IMG/VR virus record: IMGVR_UViG_3300046798_000124
Location: 10,168 to 74,167 of that record
DNA: 64,000 nucleotides
Reading direction: 5' to 3' (one strand)
Source of the DNA: a virus
Shown here: one piece after another, positions 19,141-30,120 of the stretch
How the letters are laid out: each line of letters opens with the position of its first letter
Position numbering within the stretch: the stretch's first letter is position 1
The notes under the pieces: generated by a model
What the model saw: only the letters and a program-made list of their open reading frames with translations
Told to the model about the DNA's origin: nothing
Database searches by the model: none
Program-made: the position numbers and the translations under genes

Positions 19141-19292
19141 TGACCGAAATGTCATGACCCCCGGGTCGAGACGAGGGGGTCGGGACGGGGGCGTCAGGAC
19201 CATCCGAGCAGGGGGCGGGAGGGGCGATTCCCTGTTAAGCAAGAACGGCCAGGGAATTTTTGATTTTCAGTTTCAGTCCGGCCGTTTTTCGG
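19141..19292 (+). repeat. bipartite dispersed element copy 1 (TGAC-N6-GTCA ... CAAGAACGGCCAGGGAATTTTTGATTTTCAG)
   Basis: Similar copies at 22264, 23202, 28914 and 42058. Confidence 0.8.
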
Positions 19293-19411
19293 ATTCTACC
19301 ATCTCGATCCAGACCTGGAGCTACCAGGATCGCCAGCCCGCTGGAGATTCCGCTCACTCGAAGGGATTCTCACCAGTTTTCACCAGTTTCTCGGATTCCC
19401 TCCGAAACCCC

Positions 19412-19440
19412 TTGACAGACGGTATACCGTGGTGTACCAT
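19412..19440 (+). promoter_or_regulatory. sigma70-type promoter with ACGGTATACCGT operator
   Basis: TTGACA-17-TACCAT; near-identical to the promoters at 16279 and 23788. Confidence 0.8.
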
Positions 19441-19469
19441 TGCCGTACACCCCAGAGGAGACACCCCTG

Positions 19470-19994
19470 ATGGACCCGATGACCCCAGAAACCTACCGTG
19501 CCCATGTCGCGGACATGGCTGATCTGATGCTCCAGTATCGCGCAGAAGACCCGTCCCTGGTGGGCGAGAAGCTCACCAGCGAGATCCACGAGTGGCTGAG
19601 CGCAGCCGACTCGTTCTTCCACTGGCACGACGGCGGCGAGCAGGGCACCGAGAACATTGCCCTGGACGTGCTGCGCTTCTCGGGCCACCGCCACGCTGCC
19701 GTGGAGGACGGACGCCCCGTCGCCGGCATCATCGCCCCCGACGAGGTGAACTTCGAGTACCTCGCCGCCCACGCCTTTGTGGCTGACGTGCTCGACCTCC
19801 TGGACCGCCGGGCCGTCCTGGATGCGACCCCCGACCTGACCGACCGCGACGCCATCATCGCGTGGCTCGTCCTGAACGATCCGAACGGCTGCCACAGCGA
19901 CGAGGACACCCTCGAAGAGGTGGGCGAGGTTCACACCCTGGAGTCGGCGCTCGCCTGCTACCGCGACCAGATGGGCCTGGAGCAGGTCTCCTGA
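19470..19994 (+). CDS. acidic hypothetical early protein
   Basis: AGAGGAG RBS after the promoter. Confidence 0.7.
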   Translation: MDPMTPETYRAHVADMADLMLQYRAEDPSLVGEKLTSEIHEWLSAADSFFHWHDGGEQGTENIALDVLRFSGHRHAAVEDGRPVAGIIAPDEVNFEYLAAHAFVADVLDLLDRRAVLDATPDLTDRDAIIAWLVLNDPNGCHSDEDTLEEVGEVHTLESALACYRDQMGLEQVS

Positions 19995-22182
19995 TGACCA
20001 CCGTAACCAACGACCTGACCACCCCGGAGCGCGCGGTTGCGCTCCTCCAGGCGCAGGGGATCCCCTGCCACTACGAGTCCTTCATGGGATCGATTTTCAT
20101 CGAGGACGACGGCGCCGAGTGGCACTTCGGCACCGTCAACGACACGTGGTGCGCCGACATCATGCACGACGCTGCTGTGGGCGACTCCTTCGGCTGCTGC
20201 GACACCGGGGTGCCCTCTGACACCCTCGACGCGCAGGCTCTTGCTTCCGCCATCGTCGCCGCCCTCATGCAGGGCACCGGCGTCGAAATCTGGAGGGACT
20301 GACCATGGACCGTTGCGAGTACGACGACGCCCCGACGCCTGAGCGACCGACGAAGGTCTGGCACACCAACCCGGACGGCCGTCGAGGGTACCTCTGGCAG
20401 TGGATCTGCCCGGACTGCGGCGTCGCCCACATCACCATCGTCAGCCCCACCATGTACGCCGGTCGCATGCCGTGCAGCCCCTGTCAGTGGAAGCGACAGG
20501 GCGGCACGTCTGCACCGCTCCCGCCCACCACCAAGAAGCCCAGGAGGGCACCCCGATGACGACCCTGAAGCGTTCCGTGGCCGAGGCCACCAGTGTCGAA
20601 GCCCACGAGGTCTACAGCCTCATCCTGAGCGAGGGCGAGCCGGCTGGCTACGCCTACGCCATCATCCTGGACGGTCTGGGCGAGGAGATTGACCGCCTGT
20701 TTGTCGAGCCGCCGCCACCGCTTAAGGATCGCTGCCACGACGAGGACATCTGGTGGGGCGACCACCCCGAATCGGACCTCCTGGGGTTCTCGTCCGACCA
20801 GTTCTCGCCCACCGCCATGCCCGGCGCTGGCTTCTACAACAACGTGGACGACATGTGGGGCTGCCCCGACTACCCGACGGCCATCGCGGCGCTCTTCCTG
20901 GAGCACGCCATCCGGGTGGACCAGGACTGGTACTTCGAGAACTCGGAGGCGTACTGGTCATGAATGCCCGATGCGCCCTGCTCGCCAACCCCTACCGTAA
21001 CGCCCCCGTGATGCAGTGCCCGACCGACATGCACCGCTTCCACTACCACGGCCACGACCCGGCCGGCCCGTTCCGCCCGATGGTGCCGGGCCGGCCCTGC
21101 CCTCACCGCCACAAGAGCGTGCAGGCAGCACTCGCCTGCACCGCCCGCCTGGAGGTCCCCCGATGACCGCCGCCAATACCACCGATGTCGTGCTCGTGAT
21201 CCGTGAGGGCGAGGTGCTCCTCCGTCGCGCCACCCCCGGGATCCGGGTGACCATCCTCAACTACGACATGGCCGAGGACTTGCTCCGCTCCGGTGCCATC
21301 ACCGACGACGGCACCGAGTGGGACGGTATCGGTACTCTCCACCACGACGAGCGCGGCACCCCCTACCTCATGACCAGCCCGGCCGTGACCTGTGCGGTGT
21401 GCTTCGACTGGATCGGGGACGACGAGCCGCGCACCAGCGTCGGCACCATGGACCGCGCCGCAAGCTTCTGCCGCCCCTGCACCATGGGGATGTCGCACGC
21501 GGACCTCATGACGGCACTCGCCACGGTCTGACTCGGCTGGTAGCCGTGCAGCTTTCCTGCACGGCCTCCAAGCGGGCCACCCGCTACCACCCCTGAGGAG
21601 ATCTCACATGACCACCGAGATAGCTCGCCATGCCCCCGTGATAGCCCTGCTCCGCGAGCAGGGGATCGCCGCTGAGGAAGCGGCGAGCGGCGGCAACTTC
21701 TACCACGTGAGTTTTGAGCTTCCGGACGGCGGCTACGTGCTGGCCGACGCCAATGAAGGCTGGTGGCTCGTCGGCCTCTATCGGCCGACTGACGACCCGT
21801 ACTGGCGGATGGCTGAGGGCGAGATGCACGACGCCGACCTCCAGGAGGACGCTGACCCCGCCCTGGTCGCCGCGTGGCTGCTGGACGTCGCCCGATGACG
21901 GCCGGACGATGTCAACGCTGCGGTTTCGCCGCCGCCGCCTACGATGAGTCGCTGTACAGGCAGTATGACGAGATGGTCTGCTGGGAGTGCTTCGAAGCTG
22001 AGCGACAGGCGCACCGGACCGCGTGCGAGATCTGCCATCAGCCGATCCCGCCCGACGACCCGCCACTCGGCGGCAGTGGCGCCCATGCCGCCTGCTACCG
22101 CCGCGCCGCCGCCGCCGACATGGACCGCCGTGCCCGCACGTACCGACGGGCGAACGGCATCCCCGACGCCGGCCGACCCTGA
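19994..22182 (+). other. run of seven small coupled early ORFs (19994-20302, 20305-20559, 20556-20963, 20960-21166, 21163-21531, 21608-21898, 21895-22182)
   Basis: ATGA/TGATG coupling, RBSs and GC3-rich codons; several acidic or CxxC proteins; no recognisable family. Confidence 0.65.
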
Positions 22183-22258
22183 CCCGTCGGCCTGGTCGCC
22201 GCCGCCAGGCCGCCGACGCCACGACCGCGGCCTCGAGAGCTCCAGCTCGTGACCCAGA

Positions 22259-22411
22259 GACCCTGACCCAGATGTCAGGTCGAGGGCGTCGGGATGGGAG
22301 GGTCGGGACCGAGGGGGCACGACCGCCAGGTCAGGTGCCATGGGCGGTGGCCGGAGGACAAGAACCGCCAGGGAATATTCGATTTTCACTTCGACGCCGA
22401 CCGATTTTCAG
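22259..22411 (+). repeat. bipartite dispersed element copy 2
   Basis: First 36 nt identical to 23197-23232; ACAAGAACCGCCAGGGAATATTCGATTTTCAC box. Confidence 0.85.
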
Positions 22412-22453
22412 GCTGGGCGACTTCACCGCCCCCGCCACCGAGAGGAGACGCTG

Positions 22454-23162
22454 ATGCTGTACGCCACCTTCCGCCGAGGATCCCACGATGAGACCACCCG
22501 GGTCCACCGGATCCCGTCCGTGACTGGTGAGCCGGGCTACTCCGACTACCGCCCCGCGCTCTGCGGCGCCACGGCGGCCCACCGCCTGTGGGCACCGGTC
22601 GAGACGCTGCCGCCGGCCGACGCCACCCCGCCCCGCGCCTATCTCTGCCCGCGCTGCTTCCCGGAGGGAGCCTCGTGACCACTGGTACCTGCGCCCGCTG
22701 TGACACGAGCTTCGAGCTTCACGGCTACCACTGGTGTCATCAGGTCTGCCCCGCCTGTATCCAGCCGCAGTGGATCGGGACCGATGGCACCATGCGCGCG
22801 GATGGCTTCTTCTGGCCCGCTGACCGCGAGCGGCTCGCCCGGCAGATCGCGGCCGATGGTGGCCGCTACATCCCCCGTTTCAAGGACTGACCATGTGGAG
22901 CATCTCCGATTCCCCGCCGCCAAGCTGGTACGAGCCGCCGGACGACATTGAGGAGGACGAACCCATGACAACGATCTATCGTCTGGCCGAGGGGCAGGGC
23001 TACGCGCTGGCCTTGCTCCAGACCGCCCCACAGGCCACCCCGTTCATGCGTATCCCGTGGGCCTCCCGCGTCATCAACGGCCCCCTGAAGCGCAGCGACG
23101 CTGCCCGCACCCTGTGGCAGGCGCGGCGACTCGGACGCATCGAGTCCATCACACGCACCTGA
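22454..23162 (+). other. small early ORFs (22454-22678, 22675-22890, ~22893-23162)
   Basis: RBS-preceded, coupled, with CxxC motifs. Confidence 0.55.
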
Positions 23163-23196
23163 CCCGCCCGACCAGGCCGGGAGCTCCTGTCGCTCC

Positions 23197-23345
23197 GACC
23201 CTGACCCAGATGTCAGGTCGAGGGCGTCGGGACCGCGGCGACCAGGCCCCCAGGTCAGGCCCAGGCCGGCGCCGGCGCCGGCCTCCAGAACACAAGAACC
23301 GCCAGGGAATCCGGGATTTTCAGTTCGGGTCCGTCCGATTTTTGG
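23197..23345 (+). repeat. bipartite dispersed element copy 3
   Basis: CCTGACCCAGATGTCAGG ... ACAAGAACCGCCAGGGAATCCGGGATTTTCAG. Confidence 0.85.
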
Positions 23346-23787
23346 ACCGCCCCAGAAAGGAGGAATCCATGACGGACGCGTGCAGCTGCCCCGAGCCGTT
23401 CACGGAGGACAGCTACCTCTGTCACCCGTGCGAGCAGCGGTGGATCGACGGCCTGATCGCCCAGGACGCCGACCGCGTACCCCCGGACGAGGTCGACAAC
23501 GACCTCGACGCGGCGTTCCCCGAGAACGCCTTGACTCCCCGCTAGGGAGGCGTTGGCGCCGGCGGCGATCTCACCCAACCGCCGGCGCCGACCACAGGAA
23601 AGCTGGGCACCCCCGTGGCGAACACAGCATACGCGACCGACCCCGTCGAGTACCGCGACATCCACGTCACAGTCTGCCGCTACCGCCGCCAGGGCCTCGT
23701 GTGCAGTACCTGCACCGCCGTCATCGAGCGCGCCGAGCGGGCACGCTCGACCGTCCAGATCCCCGAGAAACTCGTCTCCTGATCCTC

Positions 23788-23817
23788 TTGACAGACTGGT
23801 ATACCACGGTGTACCAT
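23788..23817 (+). promoter_or_regulatory. sigma70-type promoter with TGGTATACCA operator
   Basis: TTGACA-18-TACCAT. Confidence 0.8.
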
Positions 23818-23844
23818 CCTCATACACCCACGAAGGAGCACCCG

Positions 23845-24822
23845 ATGAGCATCGTCTACACGACCGTGACCGAGCGCGCCGACTACGACGGGATCGTCCT
23901 CTCCAGCACGCCCGTGGTCGTCTCGGCGACCGCCGGCCGCACCGATCCTGTGACCTTCCGCCGCGTCGAGCTGGATGACAGCTCAGACGGCTACTTCAGC
24001 CGCTATCAGGTCGAGCGGTACCACAGCTTCGGCTGCCTCGTCCTGTCGGAGGAGCAGTTCGAGCAGGAGGTCGACCAGGGCTTCATCGTCCTGGGCGAGC
24101 TACCGGCCTAGTCGCAGCACGCCGGGGCGGCGGTTGTCCCGCCCACGTTCGCCCATGGCTCCGGTACCGTCGGCGGTACCGGAGCCCACCACCACCCGAG
24201 AGGCACGAGCTTGGACTTCCAGACCTCGACCGAGACCACCGACTACGCTGCCGCAGCCAGGATCCACGTTCAGGGATCCTGTGGGCACCTCTTCTGGTGC
24301 TGGGTCAACGACCGCGACCAGAAGGTCGTGGACGCGATCCTCGATCAGGTCTGCGGCGCGCCGTGCCCGAGGGCCTCCTGCACCACCGGCGGCGCGTTTG
24401 TGCCGGTCCCGCACCCCGAAGTGCGCCACTTCACCCGCTAACCCACCACCCGAGAGGATCCGACCCATGCTCCTGATCAACACCGCGACCTGCTGCTGCG
24501 GCGACCTCGAATGGGCGCACGACGAGCACGGCTGCACGCGGGCCTTCTGCCCCTGCGCCACCTTTCGTCGCCACGTCGAGTGCGCGGCGTCACAGTCCGT
24601 GGCGCCATCCACCGGACACCGGGAGGCACCCTGATGACCTACCCCCCGCAGCCCCAGCCAGGACCGACCACGCGACCCCGCACCGTCCCCGAGTACGTCG
24701 GTTTCGGGTGCCTGGGCTGCCTGGGACTCGTCGCCGTCCTGATCGGCGGCTACCTCTCCCTGACCGTGCTGAGCGTCATCCTGGTCCTGATCTTCGCCGC
24801 GCTCAACACCACGCCCCACTGA
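23845..24822 (+). other. small early ORFs (23845-24111, 24211-24441, ~24466-24634, 24634-24822 membrane peptide)
   Basis: RBS-preceded ORFs downstream of the promoter. Confidence 0.55.
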
Positions 24823-24976
24823 CACGCCACGTGCCACAGCAGGGTATACTGAGGTATACCTCTGTGATGGTGGGTGGGGATCTGCACCCCACCCACCGGC
24901 CGGCCACCCGAAGGAGTCGACTTCAATGCCCGACCGTGAGCAGTGTATCCCACGTGAGCTTCTCTGGAGCGATGAC

Positions 24977-25429
24977 ATGTCGACACCCGCACCGCGCCCT
25001 GGCCCGATCCAGTTCCGTTCTGTCGAGCTTGAGCCCCATCTTGAAGCGCGCTCTGATGGCAGTCTGGGTCAGGTCGCCGTCCGCGACCTTGGTCGTTACT
25101 ACGAAGCCCTGAATCGAGCCCGTCCCACCTTCAGTCGTGATGAGGCACTGGCGATCATCGAGGTCTGCAACGGCACCCTCTGGGAGCCCTGGAGCATCCC
25201 CCTGCTCTGGGCGAGCGTCTCTGACGCGAAGGGCCTGGGCGAGCGCTGGTCCATCGACCAGGCCGCGCTGGTTGACCGCCTCCGCGCCCTCACCTACATC
25301 GAGATCCTCGCCATCATCGACTCAGCCGAGCGCGTCTGGCGTCAGGGCACCACCACCGGGCCGGCGCTCATCCAGACTCTTGAGGCGTCTGGCCTCATCG
25401 CTCCCACCCCCCAGGAGACCCGACCATGA
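24977..25429 (+). CDS. putative DNA-binding protein (possible ribbon-helix-helix N-terminus)
   Basis: IQFRSVELEPHLEAR...VRDLGRYY; preceded by tandem GGTATAC(T/C) sites at 24843-24860. Confidence 0.5.
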   Translation: MSTPAPRPGPIQFRSVELEPHLEARSDGSLGQVAVRDLGRYYEALNRARPTFSRDEALAIIEVCNGTLWEPWSIPLLWASVSDAKGLGERWSIDQAALVDRLRALTYIEILAIIDSAERVWRQGTTTGPALIQTLEASGLIAPTPQETRP

Positions 25430-26533
25430 CCACGAAGTACTTCTTCCACAGCCCGAGAGGTTTCTCGAATGAGGCAGACGTGTACGCCGTGCCGGCCGAG
25501 ATCGCAGAGCAGTGGCTCGAAACGTTCGAGGCCCGTCTCGGGTCGAGCGCCGACTACGCCGCGACCGCCGTCGAGCCGATCACGCGGAGGGTGGCCGAGA
25601 CACTGATCCGTCAGCCCGGCGTCGGCCTCCAGATCGACGGCGACGACTACAACTACGAGGACTGCACCACGAAGCAGCTGACCCCCGCCTCGCTGAGGTC
25701 GGCCCGCCGTGCGGCGACCGCGATGATCGCAGAGATCAAGCGGGAGATGGACTTCGAGGCCGAGATGGCCGACGCCTATCCCGAGTTCGCGGTGCAACCG
25801 CGATGACGATCCTGACGATCAGTCCCTACCAGAAGCCACCCTACACCCACGCCACGAACACCGGACGGCTGTTCCGCAGTCTGGGGGATGCCGAGGCGTA
25901 CGTCGCGGGACGGGACGCCTACTGGGCGGTGTTTGCCTCCATCCCCACGGATCAGGTCGGCAACTGGCAGGTACCGTTCCCGATGTCCAGGCAGCAGTAC
26001 GAGGACTGGGCTGAGCGGGTCGGCGTCGACGCCTGGGCCGACACCGTGATCCGCCAGAACGCCTACGCCTGCCAGTACTACGAACCCCAGACATTGACGC
26101 GTGAGACGGGCCTCCAGACGCTCAGGCTGCGACTCGCCAACCGCCGGCTGGCCCAGCTTGAATGGGATGACCGGCAGCGCCCCGTGGTCTTGCCGATGGA
26201 GGTGCTCCAGACCTGTGCGGCGTGTGGCACCACGCACCCTCCGCGCATGCTGCTGACCTCGCCAGTCGGAGTCGTATGCCCGGATTGTTATGACGAGGTG
26301 GAAGGATGACCCGCACCATCAATCGCTGCGAGTACGTGACCCGACGCGCCGGCCAGTCCGTCACCGGCCAGTCCATCCCCCTGGACGGCCACGGCGATAT
26401 GACGCAGATCTGCGGTCGGTTCGGCAGCCCTGTACCGCACACGTTCCACGTCAAGCGGCCGGGCACCACGAGCGTCTACGACCCACGGGAAGGCACGGTC
26501 ATTCGGTGTGCTGAGCACGCCGACACTGCGTGA
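25426..26533 (+). other. three coupled hypothetical ORFs (25426-25806, 25803-26309, 26306-26533)
   Basis: ATGA overlaps; the 25803 ORF ends in CxxC...CxxC. Confidence 0.6.
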
Positions 26534-26576
26534 GCTACTCAGCCTTCAATCCGCTACTTTCGAGAGGAGCACCTCA

Positions 26577-27143
26577 ATGACCGTACGAGATTGGCGAGCT
26601 GCGGAGTCGATCGTTACCCTGCCGATGGTCCCGATGCAGTTCGCCAACTTACTCCCGCATCAAGAGGGCCTGTACATCGCGGTGATCGGTCACTGCTATG
26701 TGGGGTACGTGGGCATGTCCTGGACCTCGATCCTTTGGCGTTGGTATCAGCACCGTGCGATGCGTGGTACGGCCGGGAAGGCGGCTGCCCTGATCGAACT
26801 GGCGCATCGTTTCAGGCTCGATGGCATACAGACACCGGTCCTGATCCACTATCTGGTCGATGCGTGGGAGCACAAGAAGGATCTCCTCGCTGATGAGCGG
26901 AGCATCCGGGACATCTGGAATCCGCCGCTCAACGCGCCGCGCTATGGCAAGGATGGGTCGCCGTGGTTGATCCGAGAGCATTGGGTGGCGCCACCAGAAG
27001 AAGGGGTCTACCGACCCAACATCGGATGGGACTATGTGACAGCTGAGCATGGTCCAACATACTGGACACCGCCCGAGACAGCGTTGACGAGCACGGTTGG
27101 GATGTCCCTCATGCCTCCTGGCACGACAGCTTCGAGTGTCTGA
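26577..27143 (+). CDS. GIY-YIG nuclease-like protein
   Basis: GLY...YVGMS...RWYQH...E...I...PPLN pattern. Confidence 0.55.
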   Translation: MTVRDWRAAESIVTLPMVPMQFANLLPHQEGLYIAVIGHCYVGYVGMSWTSILWRWYQHRAMRGTAGKAAALIELAHRFRLDGIQTPVLIHYLVDAWEHKKDLLADERSIRDIWNPPLNAPRYGKDGSPWLIREHWVAPPEEGVYRPNIGWDYVTAEHGPTYWTPPETALTSTVGMSLMPPGTTASSV

Positions 27144-28560
27144 CCTCGTCAGCCTTATGACGGCCACTCAGGAGAAACGATGCCAGGGACAGGTGGCGGC
27201 GACCCGCTTCCGAGGCGGATTCGTTGCGGCTGGTGTAACGACTACGAGACGCCAGTCATGCGGTCGCACGTGGCTGCCCTGGCTCGATTGGAGAGTCACG
27301 TCAAGGAGTCGCATCCAGTCAGATACGAAGCGGCGATCAAACGGTCTGCCGAGTGACGACGATAAGCACGATTTCGTCGGGCGTACAGGAGGGACCGTGC
27401 CAAGAACTACGGCCGATGTCGAGGCTGAGTTACTGCAAGACTACTACGGCGATCTACCCTGGCTCGACCTTCCGCCCACGTCGGGCTGGTACTGGTTCCG
27501 GGTCGTGCCATCGGTAGCGATCCACGGTCCAACCCGCGTACGCCTAATCGGAGGGCGCCTCGTCGGTCAGGTCCACGACGGCGGGAACGGCGAGAAGCCG
27601 GTGGAACACTTTCAGCGGCAGTGGGCTGGACCGCTGGCCCGGCCCGTCCCCGCTGAGTGACTGACCTATCGAGTTTTTCGTTCGACACACTCCGGAGGAC
27701 TGCTCATGTTCATCGCTGGAAACACCCACCCGCTGGTGCTCTTGATCGCCTACCTCGTCTTCGCGGTGCTCTGGATTCACCGGTGGCGGCAGGCCAGGCG
27801 CGACGGGCGCTGGCTGCTGATCTGAGTGGCCGATCTCTCTACTCTGTGCATACCTACGCCCTGGAGGGGATCATGACGACCCGAGGCCGGCTCTACCACC
27901 GCGCGTTCCGCTGCGGCGACTGCTGCGCGCTGCAAGTCGGTGAGAGCGACCTGTGCGCCGGAGCGTACGAGGGGATCTGTCACAAGGTCTGGTTCGAGAC
28001 CTACGGGACGAAGCCGTGGGAGGATGACCGATCCTGGGAGTTGACCCAGGATCTCAGCAACACGCCATTCTGAGTGACCGACCTACGCAGATTTTCGTCT
28101 GGCCTGCACTGGAGGCGTCTTGGAGAGGATCAGAGACCAACTGTTCGGTAGCATGCGGCTCGCTGTCGAAGCCGGACACACCTCTGGTCGAGCAGTCGCC
28201 CAGAACGGCGACGAGTGGGTCTGTGTCTCCTGGTCGCCGTTGCCGTCCGGTCAGACGGCCGTCTCGATAGCCATCGGCATTTCCGAATACCGTGCGCGGA
28301 TGCTCGCTGACCAGCGTCTTGCGGCTGAGGTTGCGAAGCACTGAGAGCCGACCTATGCAGCTTTTTCTTCCCCGCAAGGAGGTCACATGAGGCCAGACGC
28401 ACCGTTTTGCTCCCGCTGTGAACATGACGAGCGGCAACATCGCGTCTGGGCTGAGGGCTGCACCGCCATCATCACGATTGACGACAACGACGACGATGTC
28501 TACTGCGACTGCGAGCGGCTGTTTCTCGCAGTCGAGTGACGGAGATATCTAGCCTTTTTG
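27134..28560 (+). repeat. mini-gene array with conserved junction GAGTGaCyGAccTa...TTTT (ORFs 27180-27356, 27397-27660, 27706-27825, 27873-28073, 28120-28344, 28387-28539)
   Basis: Junction copies at 27134, 27351, 27655, 27824, 28072, 28343 and 28534, each overlapping or abutting a stop codon. Confidence 0.7.
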
Positions 28561-28607
28561 GCCCCACCCGGCGACTTCACCGCCGGCCACCACCGAGAGG
28601 AGACCCC

Positions 28608-28916
28608 ATGGACCCTGAGCTTCACGCCCGACTCACCCGGAGCGGCATCGACCCGGATCTGGCCCGTCTCTGCCGCCGCTGTCGGCACCCACGCCGCATC
28701 ACCGGCTACGAGCAGGGGCGGCTCTCCTGGGTCTGCCAGACCCCATCCTGCCTCGCCGTCGGCTCGCCCCACCTCGTCTCCAGCATCACGATCCAGGCGA
28801 CGTGCGCCCCCTGTGGCGACCCCGGTGAGCACCGCCTGGCCGAACTGTCGAACGGCGAGATGGTCGCCACCTGCCACGGCTGTCACACCGTGACGATCAT
28901 GTCCCCCCTACCCTGA
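28608..28916 (+). CDS. multi-CxxC zinc-binding hypothetical protein
   Basis: AGAGGAG RBS; four Cys pairs. Confidence 0.6.
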   Translation: MDPELHARLTRSGIDPDLARLCRRCRHPRRITGYEQGRLSWVCQTPSCLAVGSPHLVSSITIQATCAPCGDPGEHRLAELSNGEMVATCHGCHTVTIMSPLP

Positions 28917-29057
28917 CATCTGTGTCAGGTCGGATGGGTCGAGGCGTGGGGGTCGGGACGCCGAGGGCAGGGACCAGGCGGCGGCGATCCCCACGTCACC
29001 GACCACAAGGACAGCCAGGGAATCCGGGATTTTCGGAATGCCCTGACCGAATTTTCC
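28910..29057 (+). repeat. bipartite dispersed element copy 4
   Basis: CCTGACATCTGTGTCAGG ... ACAAGGACAGCCAGGGAATCCGGGATTTTCGG. Confidence 0.8.
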
Positions 29058-29092
29058 GCGCACCGCATCACCACCCGAAAGGAGCTCAGGCT

Positions 29093-29599
29093 GTGGTGTC
29101 CATCGCCAGAGACCCTGACGAATCGGCCGACGCGTTCCTGCTGCGCTACCTCACCACCGTCACCGAAGAGATGGTCGTGACCCAGCTGCCCACGCTGTCA
29201 TACGCCTGCTACGAGCATCTTGTCCTGACGCTGGGGCGGCCCTACACGGCCCAGCCGCTGTCACCCCTCGCCACCTACGGCGAGCCGAAGAAGTGCTACG
29301 CCAACACCCTCCAGTTGGTCCGTGAACTGCCCACGATCCAGTACGTCGAAGGCTTCGCCTACCACGCCGGAACCGGTATCGCCTACCTCCACGCCTGGGG
29401 CGCGGACACCCTCGGCCTGGTCTGGGACCGGACCTGGGAGGACACGGCCGGGTGTGCGTACTACGGGATCCCCTTCCCTCGAGCCGACCTCGAGCGGTTC
29501 GACGCCCTCGGTCCTGACTACCTCGGGATCATCGAGAGTCACTACCTGCTCGGCTCACCCCTGATGAAGACCGGCCGACTCTTCCCACCCGGTGCGTGA
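29093..29599 (+). CDS. hypothetical protein with a possible Cys-His (transglutaminase/papain-like) fold
   Basis: KKCYAN...YVEGFA...HAW...WDRTW...YYGIPF. Confidence 0.55.
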   Translation: MVSIARDPDESADAFLLRYLTTVTEEMVVTQLPTLSYACYEHLVLTLGRPYTAQPLSPLATYGEPKKCYANTLQLVRELPTIQYVEGFAYHAGTGIAYLHAWGADTLGLVWDRTWEDTAGCAYYGIPFPRADLERFDALGPDYLGIIESHYLLGSPLMKTGRLFPPGA

Positions 29600-29641
29600 C
29601 ACCAGCGTGTCACGCCGCCGACCGCGCCCAAGGAGGCTCCC

Positions 29642-30013
29642 ATGTCCCGTCCCAGCCACCCGTCACTCCCCACGTTCGCTCCCGAGATCGTGCTCCTCGA
29701 CCGCCCCAGTGTGATCCTGAGGATCAGTCTGGCGCTCCGTGCGCGGAGTGGCCGACCCTGGCGCGTCGTCGGCGGCCAGGTCGGCTCAGACTACGGACGC
29801 CTCGTCGTGAGCGCCCCAGCTGGCCGACGCACGACCGATGGCACGATGACCGACGAGGATCGTGTCGAGCTTGCCCACCTGCTCGCCATCCCGGAGCCGC
29901 TCGACCCGACCGGCTACGTGATCCCCGACAGCTACGACCACTACCGCGCCGCCATCGACCGCGCCGAAGGTCGGCCACCACGCGTCGTCCCCCAGGAGCA
30001 CCCGTGGGACTGA
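29642..30013 (+). CDS. hypothetical protein
   Basis: AAGGAGG RBS. Confidence 0.6.
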   Translation: MSRPSHPSLPTFAPEIVLLDRPSVILRISLALRARSGRPWRVVGGQVGSDYGRLVVSAPAGRRTTDGTMTDEDRVELAHLLAIPEPLDPTGYVIPDSYDHYRAAIDRAEGRPPRVVPQEHPWD

Positions 30014-30120
30014 CACCGAGGTGTTGAGACTCTTCATCAAACCCGTTGAACTCCGGTATCCTGGTACGGGGCACCTGGGCGCGAGGAGTACCCACTGCCC
30101 CAAGAACGAGCAGGGAGCGC

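Noticed and set aside
18563-19522. 319-aa ORF across the palindrome field
   Set aside because: Arg/Pro-rich translation of repeats, no RBS, and it overlaps a promoter.
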